Assembly: GCA_907165135.1 (NCBI GenBank)
Contig: OU015566.1
Location: 6,696,001-6,760,000, forward strand
Direction: 5' to 3'
Length of the DNA stretch: 64,000 nucleotides
DNA from: Oikopleura dioica
Lineage: Eukaryota > Animalia > Chordata
How positions within the stretch are numbered: the first letter of the stretch is position 1; every line of letters begins with the position of its first letter. Positions 12,146 through 25,485 of this stretch are shown here, piece after piece. A model generated the notes under the pieces. That model was given only the letters and a program-made list of their open reading frames with translations. It was not told where the DNA came from and searched no databases. The position numbers and the translations under genes were made by a program.

Positions 12146-13174
12146 CCACTAGCCCAGATTCTAGAGATATTGGATGGCTCGAATCATAGGCTCGAATGAT
12201 AACCCCTCTCCACGGTTTCGACGCTAGAAATCTTCAATCTTGGGCACAAATACTCGAAGTCCATCGACAATCTTACACCCCTCATTCGAGGCCCAGAGGA
12301 AATGCATACCGTATCGTGTCTGATTATGATAATTTTCATACGAAAAGACCTTTTAAGTAGCCACAACGCGTAACTTCTTGATGCGTTATCATGGGAATTT
12401 TTAACTAGAATTTGAGTGCAGCTCTTTTTAAAAAAAAGGTGCGACGCGTACGGTAACAACTCAAACTTCAAAAAAAGGTTGCCTAATCGTCAAAAAGTAA
12501 GAACCGCTCCTTGGCTGGAAATAAATATCCAGGGAGTCGAAATATCCTGGCTGCTTTGATCCAGCGACATATTTGATAAATATTCCTGAGGATCCTTAAT
12601 CCAACTTGCTCCCCCTAAACTCGTAATGTTTTTTCTACATAACATAAACAGGATCGCGTGAAGGTCTACTATTTTGAATTCCGGATCAAATAAAGTAAAG
12701 CATGTTCAAATTACTTTCATTATTCGGAATAAATCGTTTTGCAAATGCTTACTATTAAAAAAGCTAAGCATAAATGAACAATTTTCAACAAATAGAACGA
12801 CTTTATGGGGATGATGTCTGATACCGATAAAAAAAATTTTGACAAATTTTGCGTGGGCGGATACTCGGCTGCTGATTAGCCAGTTCGCTGAATCCAGGCT
12901 TCTGACTGTTTGAAAATCTCCACGCAAAGTTTGTCGAAATTTTTTCGTTGGTTCCAGACACCTCCCTGTTTTATGAGAACCTTCTTCTTGCATGAAGTTT
13001 CATTTTCAAGGTAGGTTGAGTGTTTAATAAGTAGGCTAAAAAATTTTCTTTCTTCTGAGGATCGTTAAAGGCGAAAAATTTGCGTAAAAAGTGTCTTAAC
13101 TTCGTCAATTGTAATATTTTTGCTGAAAAATTCTTTTTTCTTATTTTATTTCGATTTCTAGATTAAGAAAAGAT

Positions 13175-15478
13175 TCAAAGTCTCTTGAGTTGAAGGGTGA
13201 AAGCAGTCGGCATCAGATACCAAGTGTTGATTTCCATATTGTCGATCGATGGATGCTCGTTGACAAGACTCATTTCTATCCCGTTTTCTTTGTAATAAGC
13301 AGTTCTTGTCTGATCATCGAAAGAACCAAAGACAAGATCGAAATACTCGTAATAAGGGTTTTTCAGGGGAATTCGCACAACTTGGAGAGAAAAAATTTTA
13401 ATGACATATCCCATAGGATGAAAGCAGAGTATACCTGGAGAGTGGTCTTTAAAGTCATTGTTTTGGAGAATGTACTTGTCGTTTTCAACTCGGTCAAGAG
13501 TCATTTGATGGAAAATGATTTCGCCAGAAGGAAATAAATAAGCACCGGTAACAGTTGCAGGTCTAGTGAAGGTGAATTTTTCGTGGAGAAAAACTGAACT
13601 GGGTAAAATTTGATAAAAGGAAGCTTTTACCTTCTTTGTACTCGCAAATTGATTTAGCGGGTCTTTCTTCTTTATTTTCCTCTGGTAAAATTTTTCTTAT
13701 AATTTCCCAGCCACTTTTCATTAAATAAGTTTCCTGGCAAATTCGCTGAAGAAGAATCTCGATTTCATTTTGTTGAAACTCTTTTTCTTTTTCGTTTGGA
13801 TTTATATTTAGTCCGGCCATGCTTCGAGGGAAAATAATCATCGTCAACGTTGCTAGAATTGCTTCAAATGTATAAACACCATATTTATCGTCGAAACGAA
13901 GATCATTTTTCATGGTTTGCCGGAGAAGCGTTGTGACAGAAATCGGCACGCAAAGCTGAGTACTTTTTTGGTCGAATACATTTTTAGTCAGATTTTGCAT
14001 TTCTTGCTGGACACATTTTGTGACGTTGTGTTTGAGACTTGACATTTTACAGGATTTCGTCAAATTTGGATTGTCAAGGCAGAAAAGAGATGACGCGCCA
14101 TTTAGGGAGACAACTTTAGTCACTTCGGTAAAAAAGTTCCGAGTCTGTTTACTGTTATTGTTTTTTAAATTTCAAATGGAGGCTGCGCCACTATTCTAAA
14201 ATAAAATTTTAAACGGAACATAAAATATTCTTACTTTCATTAATTTATCTATCTCTTTTCGTTTTTTTTCATCAATCGGCTGGTAAAGAAGAGTCCACGA
14301 CGTTTTCCAATCGCAAAATAGAAAGTAATAGATATTTGAAGCAAAATAACCATCTCCTTCCGCAATCTGACCATGATTCGAGAATCCTGGCGTTCCAGCA
14401 GCTTCATTATTTGTGAAAAAAAATCAAATCTGCCAAAGACTTACCAAGAGCTGGGCCATGTTTGTATTTAGATCCTTTTCTGGCGTACCCCATTTTGTGG
14501 AAGCCTTCTCCCAGTAGTGGCGTTCGTATCATGAGGAGCCCAAAGTCTATAAACTTCGGTATACCACCAACAAGAACAATGTTTTCTAATTTCTGATCTA
14601 AATGCTCAAGAGCACAATGATTCAACAAATAATTATCTCCATCCGAAATTTCGTTCGCAATGTTTCTTCTTTCTTCAAGGTCGAGTCTCCCCCTCCTGAG
14701 CAAACTCCTCAAATTTTCCTCTCCTTTTTCCATGATGGTAATCCATCCCAAACAGTCTTGTTTTTCTTCATCTTTTTCGTGAAACAATTCAATATTCACG
14801 TAATTTCGGATAATATTCTTGTGAAATGGCAAATAATCATTATCACTCCAAAGTGTTAAGATATTTGCAGGCTTAAAATCTTTTAAAATTATTTATAGAA
14901 GATATATTTATAAACCTACCTTTTGAAAGATTTATCTCGTAGAAAATTTCTTCAATTCCGAATCTTTCCGTAAATAGAAAAGGATCAAAAACCTGCACTC
15001 TTACAGCTGTCTTAAGACCACCGAAATCCTCAGCAAGGATAATTGCTTCTCCTCCTTTCGAAATCAACTTTTTCTTCAGATCATGAGCCAATTGCCAATG
15101 ATCAGCGTCTTCTTTTATTTCCCATCTTCCAATTGTTTTTCCAAAAAGGGTCTCGTCATTTTCAAGAATTGTTCTTTGAAATGTGGTCAGCTTGAATTTC
15201 GACAGTTTTCCGTTATATTTGTTAAAAACAGTTGTAAAACCTTCTTTTTCAAATTTAACAAATTGCCACAAAAAAGCATTCCCATCAGTTTTAAAGATCT
15301 TTCTCTCTACCGATTCCAAAAGTCTGCATTTTTGAGTTCGCGATGTCGTTCTTTTCAATTTCGGAAGGAATGTCTTCAGCCAAATGTCAACTTTCTTTTT
15401 TTCTAGTTCAACAGGATGTTCAAGTATTTTTTGATGAGAAGAAAACGGGATTTCATCAAGCTTGATTCTTTTAGCCAT
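13175..15478 (-). CDS. Divergent protein kinase fused to a C-terminal papain-like domain; possible in-frame TGA in the linker
   Basis: Kinase motifs SKGGEA, AVRVQ (Arg at the beta-3 Lys position), HLDQKLEN, IDFG and AGTPGF. Downstream DQKSTQLCVPIS (Gln/Cys) and FHQMTLDRVENDKYILQN (His/Asn). GT-AG introns join the ORFs. With the strong TTTAG acceptor near 14196, TGA at 14172-14174 is in frame. Confidence 0.7.
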
Positions 15479-16635
15479 TTTTGTTTGCTATTTTGTTCTC
15501 TTTAAAGATAGATTTTGATGAAAATGTAAAATTTGCTTTTTCTAAGCATCAAAGACTCTTCACATTTCTTTATTTTTTTGAGAAGGAAATTAAGACTGAT
15601 CTGAGTCTGCAAAGCAAATAAATCGAAAAGCAAATGCGCTTTCATAAGATACATAAAAGGGGAATCTGGGTGAAGGGACAAATTCTTGTAGATAAATTTT
15701 GTTTCTTGTTGAAATATATTTCCTATCTTTCAGCATGCACTTTAGAATTGGTTTACAAATTTCTTACCAACTTCTTTCAAAATTAAGATAAAACAAATTA
15801 ATTTCACATATGCCCGAGTTGCGAAAACGTGAACCGATCCTCCGTCAAGAAAACGGGGAAACGTAAAACTGAGTCCATCGATTAGCCGTCCGGCTTAATT
15901 ACAAATGAAGGATCGTTACTGACCGAGGAACACGCGAAAAGCCCTCTAAGAAAGTTGACCAGGTTGGATTTATTTTTCTCGAAGGTAGTTCTTTTAAAAT
16001 GCAGTGTTTGAAAGTTTCACAAACAAAAAAATGCTAAAATGGCGAAACAAGATATTCACGTCGTTTTTGAAACGAGGCACATGTTCGGAAAAGAAGAGTA
16101 ATTGACAGTTCAAATGCTTATTACTGTAAGCTGCTCAGTTAATGAGTATATTCTGAACAAGAGTACGACGTTTGTGCAAGAGAGACCACGTTTTCTTCGT
16201 GCCAAACTTGAGATAGGTCATTTTTTTTCAATTTTTATGAATTTAAAATTTCTCAAAAACTTTTTAAAAAAATCAACAAAAATTTTTTTTAAATAATCTA
16301 ATTTTTTTATTGAGCAGATTTCTTTTATAAATCATCTCCCTGAAAAAATTTACTCAAAGAGACTTGTAATACTTCTTAAGAAAATAAAGTATTTATGGAC
16401 TTGCGACGCAACCTCAGAAATTGGCTCGGCAGGGTCTTAATTTCGATGGAATGTGGTCAATTAACATAACGTTGGGAGTAAGGCTCAAATTGGGAAGTAG
16501 ATTCATGTTGCAAGGTGCCGCTGACATGAACCATTCACAGGTGAAACATTGCTTCCCAGACTAGTTTGATGTAATTCCACGGGTTAGGGATCATTCCGCG
16601 CATGTCTGACTTCTTGGTCCTACTTATAAGGAGCT

Positions 16636-19256
16636 TTATTGAATAGCGTTATATTTACAGTTGTAGCGAATCTCCGTATACTTCGAAATTCCCGGACAAA
16701 AAGCCGGAAAAGCAGGAGCAAATGAACATTCAGATTTCATCTCGCAATCTTCGCGGAGGAGTTTCGTAACGTCCTAAAATTGGAAAAATAAGAAAGCGGT
16801 AAGCAAGATATGGAATTTCGCGGTTTTCAAGTGAGATAATAAAAGTGGTTTGGGATAATTGGGGTTGAGGTTGTTAGATCTTATTTCTCCGCGCTAGAGT
16901 TAGTAAAACAAGCGTTGATTTAAAAGAAGCTTCTTTAGAAAAAGATACTCAGAATTTGTAAAGGCGTAGTTTTTCGATTGCCTTTGTTCAAATAAATCGT
17001 TGTTCTTACCAAAAAGCCCGTAGGACTGTAACTATCGCATGGAAGAAACCAAGCATCGTTTGCCTCACTTTTGCCTCTTGCGCAGGTGAGGCTATTATTA
17101 CGGCCGTAATTGGCGAGCTCGATGTGAATCAGTTTTCCATCAGGACACTTGAGCCCGGCTTGGAAGGACGGGGCTGTTTGTTCATTTGCACCTCCAGCGC
17201 GGGCGAAATCGGCGCACATGGTCACGTGATAACCGAGCAAGGGTTCTATTGTTTGCGTTTGCCAGCGGTCCAATTTTGACGGGTAAATGTCATTGATTCA
17301 ATTTGGGACGAAGAATAGAATAGACTATTCTGAATAGTACAAACGAGTTCCTGTGTTTTCTTGAGGATTGATGGGGGAAAGGGATGAACGCGCGCTGGGA
17401 ATCAAACTATTTTTGGAGACTTTGAAATGGGTCTCAATTTTGATTTTTGAAATTTTGAAATTATTTTAGAGATTAGCGATTATACTTCTAATGCCCACTT
17501 TACTTTCAATTGAATTTGATCATCTAAAAAGAATTGCGCTTTTTTCACTTATTGCATCTTCAAAAGTCCCATCAACGCGGAAGTAAAACTGAGCTCGATT
17601 TGATATAATTAAAGTATTCAATTTCGACCCCTTTCTTTCGCCGTTTTCTGAGTTTTCTGAGTTTTCTGAGAACTTTTGATATCATTCAATTTCTTCTTGC
17701 GGAAGTCCTTTATTGCTACTTTGTAGTAGTTGCGCGAGCGTGTTGTTGTCGCGACTGGTTTGCTCGTAATCGCAGCTGCTGTTGTTGGCTTCGCGGTTGT
17801 TGTCACAGGGGCGAAGGAACTTATAGATACGCGAATTGGGCGCGACTTTGTGACTTTGTCTGAAACAAACAGTTTGAACTTCTTCAATCATCAATAAATT
17901 TAATGCTCATCAACTCATTGAAAGTATAATCCCTGCTCAATGATCAGTGATCATTATCTCGAATTTCATCGTCTCAGCACGAACCAATCAATTTCCATAT
18001 TGATTTGAAATGCGCCTCCTGCGGAAATTTCAAATTGTGATTTTATTTTAAAATCGGAAAATTATCTTGCAGTTCCAAATATCTTTCAAAATATTTTTAC
18101 TGACAAAATGAGAAATCCGAAAAAATACTACCTGCTTCAATAGGATTACCGCTTTTATGAATGAAAAATTGTTTAAAAAATGTCTAAAGATAAGGATTTA
18201 ACAAAATGAAGACTGCACAAGAAAAATATGTTGTAAATGTACGTGTTAGTAAAAATTTTTGCGATGAAAAATGCTGTTCATAAATTAAGATTAAATAAAT
18301 CTATCCTTTCGTAAATCAAGTGTATTTAATTTCAAAATTAAAAATTTCTTGCATGATACAGATCATTATGCATTTTCTTGTCACCTGAAATGTGTTCTAC
18401 CGCAGGAAATCGCTCTTCTTCAACTTTTGCAGTTTCTTCCGTCGGGCATAATCTGGCGTCCGTTTGGGGAGTCTGGGCGTTCGTGAATTTGGTCAATCCA
18501 AAGATCTCTCGATAAGTCCCCTTCAGGATCAAAATCGTCAACCCTGAAGTAGTACTCTAAAGACGCAGGGTGAACCCCCGTTATTACCGTCCAGGCAGAG
18601 CTGCTCGTCTCCGGTCGAGAGCATTTGAAAAACTGCACCGGCGACCTAAAGGATTAATGAAAGACTTACGAACTCGGACAGAAATAAAAACGGGCTCGAG
18701 CTTTTAGATTAGCGCGAAGCTTGACCTCACTGACGATTACAATAATTGACCTGACGTGTAACAGAATTGCTGATCCAGTGATTCACAGATTTACAGGAGG
18801 TTGAAAGAAGCTCAATTATTGAACTTGAATCTACCCTTTATTTAAACCCTTTTATAGACCAAGGACCAAAAAATGGCAAAAAACAAGAAAAAAGTGCATT
18901 TCTGAAAGACCAATAAGCTTACTGTATATGGCCTACCGGCCAATCAAAAACTAGATCCATAAAATCACTTCCTTTTCTCGGGTTTTCCCCATAAAATGAG
19001 CATCTTAGAGTAAGGATGTTAAAAATTGCCTTACCCCTTCTTTTTCATTCCTCAAAATGCTGTTGACATAACTCTCAAGCCCCAGTCTATCGTCTCTTGC
19101 TGACTGTTCGCCACAGAATGCCTCTTTGTGAAATTCCAGCAGCTCCAGCTGGTCGCTTCTATCGGGCTTAGTGCTCAACACGCCGCCCTCGGAATGTGTC
19201 GAAATGAGCAAAATTATAATAAAAATATTGTTGCGAAATTCTTTAACAACTCTCAT
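16636..19256 (-). CDS. Multi-exon secreted or membrane lectin with a Thr-rich stalk and C-terminal SUEL (rhamnose/galactose-binding) domain
   Basis: LKCPDGKLIHIELANYGRNNSLTC followed by the exon DVTKLLREDCEMKSECSFAPAFPAFCPGISKYTEIRYNCKYNAIQ*. Thr-rich ORF at 17618-17887; hydrophobic N-terminus in 19005-19256. Linkage of the 5' exons is less certain. Confidence 0.6.
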
Positions 19257-19514
19257 CTCCCTTTTCTCTTGCTACAACTTTTACTCGAGCAACAAGGCGA
19301 ACAACTTTAGGGCCTGGCTTGGCCATTTCACACCCAAATAGTTCCGGTGAGCTCTTTTATGGCCTTTGATATCGGGAGTACGAGGGAAATATGAAACTAG
19401 AAAGAGGGTTCAATTTTGAGGTTTTAAAGGTGCCTTTGTCTTTTGATCATTCTGTGATCTTCCGCCAAAAGGGATGTTTTTCCCAGCACCACACTTTTGC
19501 CGTCAACAAGCAAT

Positions 19515-19664
19515 CTTAGTCAGGGTCCTGAAAAGGGTTTAAAAAAACCGATGGTCTTTTTAAAGCCGCTTCGCGGCTTTTATCTTGAAAACGCCGCTAC
19601 GCGGCTTTCTATATAACCATTTTCTAGGCCCTGACTAAAGTTTCTAATCAGTTTGCCGAGCCCA
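19515..19664. mobile_element. Relic of the CTGGGCTCGGCAACCTG MITE family with AAGCCGC-NNN-GCGGCTT hairpins
   Basis: TTAGTCAGGGTCCTGAAAA ... TTTTCTAGGCCCTGACTAA inverted arms, two internal hairpins, and right end CAGTTTGCCGAGCCCAA. Confidence 0.6.
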
Positions 19665-20744
19665 AAAGAGACTTTATAATAAATTGTCGCCAAAATTTGG
19701 TAAGGCTTGTTTTTTTAATTTTACAGTTAAAAATCTTGTTTCGCAACTAAATAATGCAGATTCCCTTAAAAATTCTGTTTATGTTTTGATTTTGGAGGCG
19801 TTTGGAAAGCCCTTGAGAATCGCCCTTCGCTAAATGCGTCTTCTAACTAACGCTTACACTTGGCAGGTCCCGGAAGACGATCAGCCATCGCGCAATGAGT
19901 AGTTGATCACCTCATTAGCTCCCTGGCTGCCCTAGAATTACTGATTCTGATTATGTAAATAAATCATTATCATGTGAGCGTTCATCTCGACACGACTCAA
20001 ACTCCGGCATAAGCAATAATTTCGCCGTCCGAGCTTTTACAGTAATTAGTAAAAGAAGCTAATTTTAGGCCACAGCTATTTGACATGGATGTAAGCTTAG
20101 GTAAGAACTTGTCATTTTTGACAAAGTACAGCGGGCCCAGAGGTGGGAATATTTGATGAGAAGGCAATTTTGAAAAAGCACACCTCAAATGACGACTTTT
20201 AATTTGTCTGTTCATAAAGAACTTATTGAAAATTGAAACGATAAGTCATCTCATTACAGGAAACTTATTGAAAGTTCATATCGCGAACTGGGTCGATTTT
20301 CATGAAAGATTTTTCTTCCGAAGTTCCCATGATATGATTATTATTAAATCGTCTCAAAAGGGAAGTAAGAAATGTTATATAACACCTGTGATACCAAAAT
20401 CTTAATTGAATGAAAGGATAAGGTAATAAAAGAAGCAACTTTGCTTCACTTGAAAGAAGGCGAAAAATTCTTTCGAAAATTCAATTCGGTAGGCGAGAAT
20501 TATGGATTGAATAAAATTTTACCTTATAATTAATTAATTAACACACCTTCTGTGAATTCAAAAATGATATCTCACCAAGGTTTAACCATTTAGTGGCTGC
20601 TATCATTTTTTGACCACTCAACTTTCACGTTCCTGATAAGCTTTTTAATTTAACCAAAGTGCAACGCTATTATATTTTTATCTGCCGCCAGTGAGGTTCT
20701 AGCAATAAAGAAATTTCAAGAAATAGTTTAAAATAAAATAATTT

Positions 20745-22899
20745 TTATTCAGGAAGTTGGGAATTTCGAGAAAGAGAATTGAGATCCGCAAGCCAGGACG
20801 AAAAGGCATGAATGAGCTGCAGCGAATTACCATCGCGCAAATGCCCCTTGACTGCTTCGGAAATCTTCTTGTGGGAAAAGCCTCGAACTATTCGGAAGTA
20901 GCTCCAGAACCAGATCCAGGTCTGACAAAACGTATCCTGCGGAGACTGGAAATTTACTTTGACGGATTGAAAAATTGGGGCCTTCTGAAATTCTTGCTAA
21001 AGTTGATTATCTAAGCCAGGGTTTGAAATCTGACGAGCTCACGAGCACGTGAGCACGTGAGTGAGCTCGATGAGCATGCTCACGCGTGCTCATGCTCACA
21101 GAATTCTGCGCCCTTCGTGCTCACGCGTGCTCATGCTCACCAATTATAGAGCACAGTCGTGCTCACGCGAGCTCATGCTCATGGATCTCTGAAAGGACAA
21201 ATTCTGTGCTCATGAGCAAGTGAGCACGTGCTCAAAGCTCACATTTTGACGTGCTTACAGTCGTTAACGACTCAAATTTGCAAGTTTTATAAGCGGTAAC
21301 AAGTCAAATTTGAAGTTCCGCTAGTGGGATTTTTGGACCGTCTCAGCCCCGTTCCTTGATTTCTTAATTTAAGGGGCTTGACGGCCCTTCGGGCCGTCTC
21401 AGCCCCGTTCCTTGATTTCTTAATTTAAGGGCTTGACGGCCCTTCGGGCCGTCTCAGCCCCGTTCCTTGATTTCTTAATTTAAGGGGCTTGACGGCCCTT
21501 CGGGCCGGCTCAGCCCCCTTCCTTGATTTCTTAATTTAAGGGGCTTGACGGCCCTTCGGGCCGTCTCAGCCCCGTTCCTTGATTTCTTAATTTAAGGGGC
21601 TTGACGGCCCTTCGGGCCGTCTCAGCCCCGTTCCTTGATTTCTTAATTTAAGGGGCTTGACGGCCCTTCGGGCCGTCTCAGCCCCGTTCCTTGATTTCTT
21701 AATTTAAGGGGCTTGACGGCCCTTCGGGCCGTCTCAGCCCCGTTCCTTGATTTCTTAATTTAAGGGGCTTGACGGCCCTTCGGGCCGTCTCAGCCCCGTT
21801 CCTTGATTTCTAATTTAAGGGGCTTGATATTGGCTAGGAACTCCGAGGTGATCAATCTCAGTAATGTCCCCAACCCCACCCTCACCCATTATTGTTAAAA
21901 CTCAAACTATCCGAGATTTTGTTTTTATTATGGTTTTTATTAAAATTTTTGAAAATACTCTAGGTACAATAGCAGCTTATGAGCACGAATGAGCATGCTC
22001 ACGTGTGCTCATGCTCACGAAAATATGAGGATCCCGTGCTCACGCGTGCTCATGCTCACTGAAATTTGAGCAGCCCCGTGCTCACGCGTGCTCATGCTCA
22101 CTGAAATTTGAGCAGCCCCGTGCTCACGCGTGCTCATGCTCACTGAGTTTTGAGCACCCACGTGCTCACGCGTGCTCGTGCTCACGCAAAATTTTCAGAT
22201 TTCAAACCCTGATCTAAGCTGCCTGCCTCCGATTTATCTGGTGATCAATCATATTTAAGACCATAGATTGAAGGCCCTAGAATTCCCGCGATTTTGCAAT
22301 CCACCCTATTGGCGAAACACTTTTGACATCGACTTCTTCTGAACTTTTCCAGATGGGCAATCTTTCCAGGCTTCTCTTGAACTTTGAATTGAGCCTTGTT
22401 CCTTCTGGATCAAAATATTCCATGATCAACTTTTTGCCAGATTTTCTCAGAAAAGCGCAAGTAATATGCCCCGGCGTTGAAATAAGGACAATTTGTTTTT
22501 CCTCCGGTCGCCGCTTGTATAGAGTGGTTTCTTTTAGGGTTCCGCTATCTTACGCTGTCTGTGTATTTTCTTAGTCAAACAGCTACAGTAAGACTCAAGC
22601 GTTTTAGAAGATCCCATTTCTTTCGCAAAAGTAACATTGAAATTGTCATCGAAGTTCAAGTCGGCGTCTGGAAAGTCTTCTAAATCTTCTCCTTCGTACC
22701 GTGGAAGGCGCAAAATTGAGCAGCGAACCTTTTTCGCGCGTATCATTTTGGCCATGACCCGGTTCATGTCGAATTGGAACTGTCGCCATTTCCTGTAGAA
22801 AGATAGGGATTTGCCAGAATGTGCGCGGAGCTTCGCCAGACGAGGGATGAAAGGACGGCTTTGAAGGGTGGTTGATAGAAGGGAGAATATGAAACTCAA
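20745..22899 (-). CDS. Putative clan CE (Ulp1/adenain-like) cysteine protease, with a hAT element in a probable intron
   Basis: STPGHITCAFL...MEYFDPEG (His, Asp), then exon KAPIFQSVKVNFQSPQDTFCQTWIWFW (Gln, Cys) ending SQLPE* with an overlapping AATAAA. Several intron boundaries are ambiguous. Confidence 0.45.
21017..22211. mobile_element. Non-autonomous hAT element A (1195 bp)
   Basis: 17-bp TIR CAGGGTTTGAAATCTGA; 8-bp TSD ATCTAAGC at 21009-21016 and 22212-22219; subterminal GTGCTCACGCGTGCTCATGCTCAC repeats at both ends; no transposase ORF. Confidence 0.93.
21338..21827 (+). repeat. 56-bp hairpin satellite array 1, about 9 units
   Basis: Unit GCCGTCTCAGCCCCGTTCCTTGATTTCTTAATTTAAGGGGCTTGACGGCCCTTCGG. 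Confidence 0.97.
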
Positions 22900-23652
22900 G
22901 CAACTATCGATCTACTAGTCATACTGACAGTCTCTTCTACAAGTTGAGCATATAAAAGAGACGTCTTTTTTGGTTAGAAAATTAGAATAAAGAAATAACC
23001 ACTTTCCTAATTGGAGTTTTCGCTTCTCCAAGATGCGAACTTCCGTCTAGTTCAAAGGCTTTAAAAATAGTTTTTAAGATGCTATCAAGATGCAAAAACC
23101 AAAATTACCAGGCAGCGAGGACCGCGCCATTTTTCCCAAAATTCCAAAACTGTCATGTTTTGAAAATAATGCTTGTGGTGTTTTTTAGTTCTAGAGATAG
23201 GTTCCCGTTTAATAACACCAGTTTTTAGTCGCCAGGATTAACATGACTAAAATTAATAATTACTGCCACTCAAGACGCGTAAAAATAATTAATTTGAAAA
23301 GTAAATGTCGCTTCAAGTAAAAGCGGGCAAATCTGCACTTGACTTTCGTAAAACTGCCATGTTAACGTCTTGCCCATCTGTCAAGCTCCTTATCAACCTC
23401 CCTTCTGTCAAACTCTAGCGTGCTGAAAAAACCCAAACATGAAGAAAAAAGACGACGTCCCCTTCCTTCCTTTGAAAACAAGTCGGTCCCATAGACGCTT
23501 TTTTACGAGCCGCAGTATTTATTTAGTTATCTTCCCTTGTTTTCTGATAAAGCAAAGCGCCTCCTTTTCCGCTCCAGAAGTTTTATCAGTCCCCTCGGTA
23601 TCAATTTATTTACGGGAATGATCTGCATATCAGAAAGTTAGCCTGGATAGGT

Positions 23653-23810
23653 CTGAGCTCGGGAACCTGAGCAAAAAACCTGAGTCAGGCTCTGAAGCAG
23701 CTAAAATGAAAAGCCGCTACGCGGCTTTTTTAATGAAGCCGCGAAGCGGTTTCCAAGTATACCTATTTTAATCGATATTAACTTCTGGCGAAGCCGCCTC
23801 GCGGCTTCGT
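23653..23810. mobile_element. Partial copy of the CTGGGCTCGGCAACCTG hairpin MITE family
   Basis: CTGAGCTCGGGAACCTG...CCTGAGTCAGGCTCTGAAG followed by three AAGCCGC-NNN-GCGG hairpins. Confidence 0.6.
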
Positions 23811-23941
23811 TCTTAAAAGAAGCAAGTCAGAAGCAAGAGGGTAAAATGACTACACATAGAACCACTTTTAATCAAAGCTAGAAAACTATCGCTGCGAAGA
23901 AAGGCACAAGACAAGGAAGTTTTAGAAGAAATTGATTTTAT

Positions 23942-24230
23942 TCAGGATTGCGGTTGTGGCACTCCATCTTTCAGGCTGTATTTGATGATTCCGCCAGCGA
24001 CCATTTTTTGGTCGCGGACGTGTTCTTCGTTGGTTTGTACCAAAGGGATCATTTTCTTCTCCGCTGGGAAAAGCGGAATGTCATCATCTTCGCGATCTCC
24101 CCGGAGGCGAGTGAGCTCTGCTTGGCTGGTTCTGAAAGTAAATCGTTGGTTTCAGTTCTGTATCACCAAAATTAACGGGAAATCTCTCTTTCTTACCTTA
24201 TCTGTGTCCTTTTCGGACCTTAGAAATCCT
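23942..24230 (-). CDS. Probable terminal exons of an unidentified gene
   Basis: Micro-exon GPKRTQIR with GTAAGA donor, then ctttcag acceptor and TSQAELTRLRGDREDDDIPLFPAEKKMIPLVQTNEEHVRDQKMVAGGIIKYSLKDGVPQPQS* with AATAAA at the stop. Confidence 0.35.
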
Positions 24231-25290
24231 AAGACTGGCTTTTTCTGCCTAAAATGCCCTGACAACAACAGTTTTTCTAGAGATTTTTTGCAAAATTAGC
24301 CGTTTTTCTTTCAAAAACACTCAGTTGAAAATTCTTGTTCTAGCGACATTTTTCAAAACAACACATCATTTTTAGGCTTTCAAGCGAAAATTGACTGTAA
24401 AAGGCATTCGCGGAGAACTAACTGACCTTTAATTTTACGGTTATAAGTTCAAATTGGTTTTTTATTGAAAATATCGACAGTTTTCCTTTTTTCTTACTAC
24501 ACCGTCACTGATTAAAATTTAAAAGAGAAAATTGGAAAACTGTTGACCTACTATGGTACTAAAAGGTATCAAAAATGAATGTATTAATTTAGTGCTTTCA
24601 CATGAGGAGGCCAATACATTTGTATTGAACTTTTTCAATATTCTTCCCACTTGAAAGGGATTTCCAATATTCAAAGAACAGTATAAATATCTTAGAACTA
24701 GAAGTATCTTTCTTCCAATATCTACTGTAAAATATGCTATGGTTAAATTTAAAGAACAAGTTGTTTTCTCGATGGTTGAATAAAAACAAAGATGCTCAAT
24801 CTAAGTTCAAATCAACCATTTACATAACCGGGCTTGTATGCAAAGCTGCAAATTATTGCCTCCTCGAATCGTCAAAAATTGACATCGTAAAAGCAAAAAT
24901 CATGGTTTCAGAGAACACGCTTTAGAACCGCAGATTTTAGATTCTCGAGCAGTCTTCGTGGATCATCATTAGCGGGATTACTACGGGAAGGTGATTCTTT
25001 TAAGATAATCCAACTCACGAAACGCAAGGCTTACGACTTGACCGCTTCGTAACATGAAGATGTTCCGCAATGATCAAGTACTGTGGCTGCTGTATGTAAC
25101 AAGAACGTCGAAGAAAAAGTTCAAAGCTCGCAGCAATCTGCTAATTTCGACCACTTAGCTGCTGCAAATTCCAAAATTTCGCAAATGACGAGCTTGCAAG
25201 AAGCAGCAAGTTTTTACAGAACTTCATTACTTTACTTCATTAAAAGAAAGCTGTAGAAAATCAGGTTTTGAAAAAGAACCGTGGGAAACT

Positions 25291-25485
25291 TGCCTCAGCA
25301 ACCTGCGGAGAAAACCTGAGTCAGGGTCTGAAAGATCTCGAATGATAAGCCTCTCCGTGTCCTTTTTAAAAGACGAAGCCGCTTCGCGGCTTCAGATTTG
25401 AGAAAGCCGCTGCGCGGCTTTTCCTTTAAGATCTTCTTTCAGACCCTGACTCAGGCTTTCCACACAGGTTTTTCCTGAGTTCTGA
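25291..25485. mobile_element. Hairpin MITE family copy
   Basis: CCTGAGTCAGGGTCTGAAAGA ... TCTTTCAGACCCTGACTCAGG inverted arms enclosing GAAGCCGC-TTC-GCGGCTTC and AAAGCCGC-TGC-GCGGCTTT. Confidence 0.75.

Noticed and set aside
12184-12993. Short minus-strand ORFs downstream of the kinase-papain gene
   Set aside because: Interrupted by stops, with no recognisable motif.
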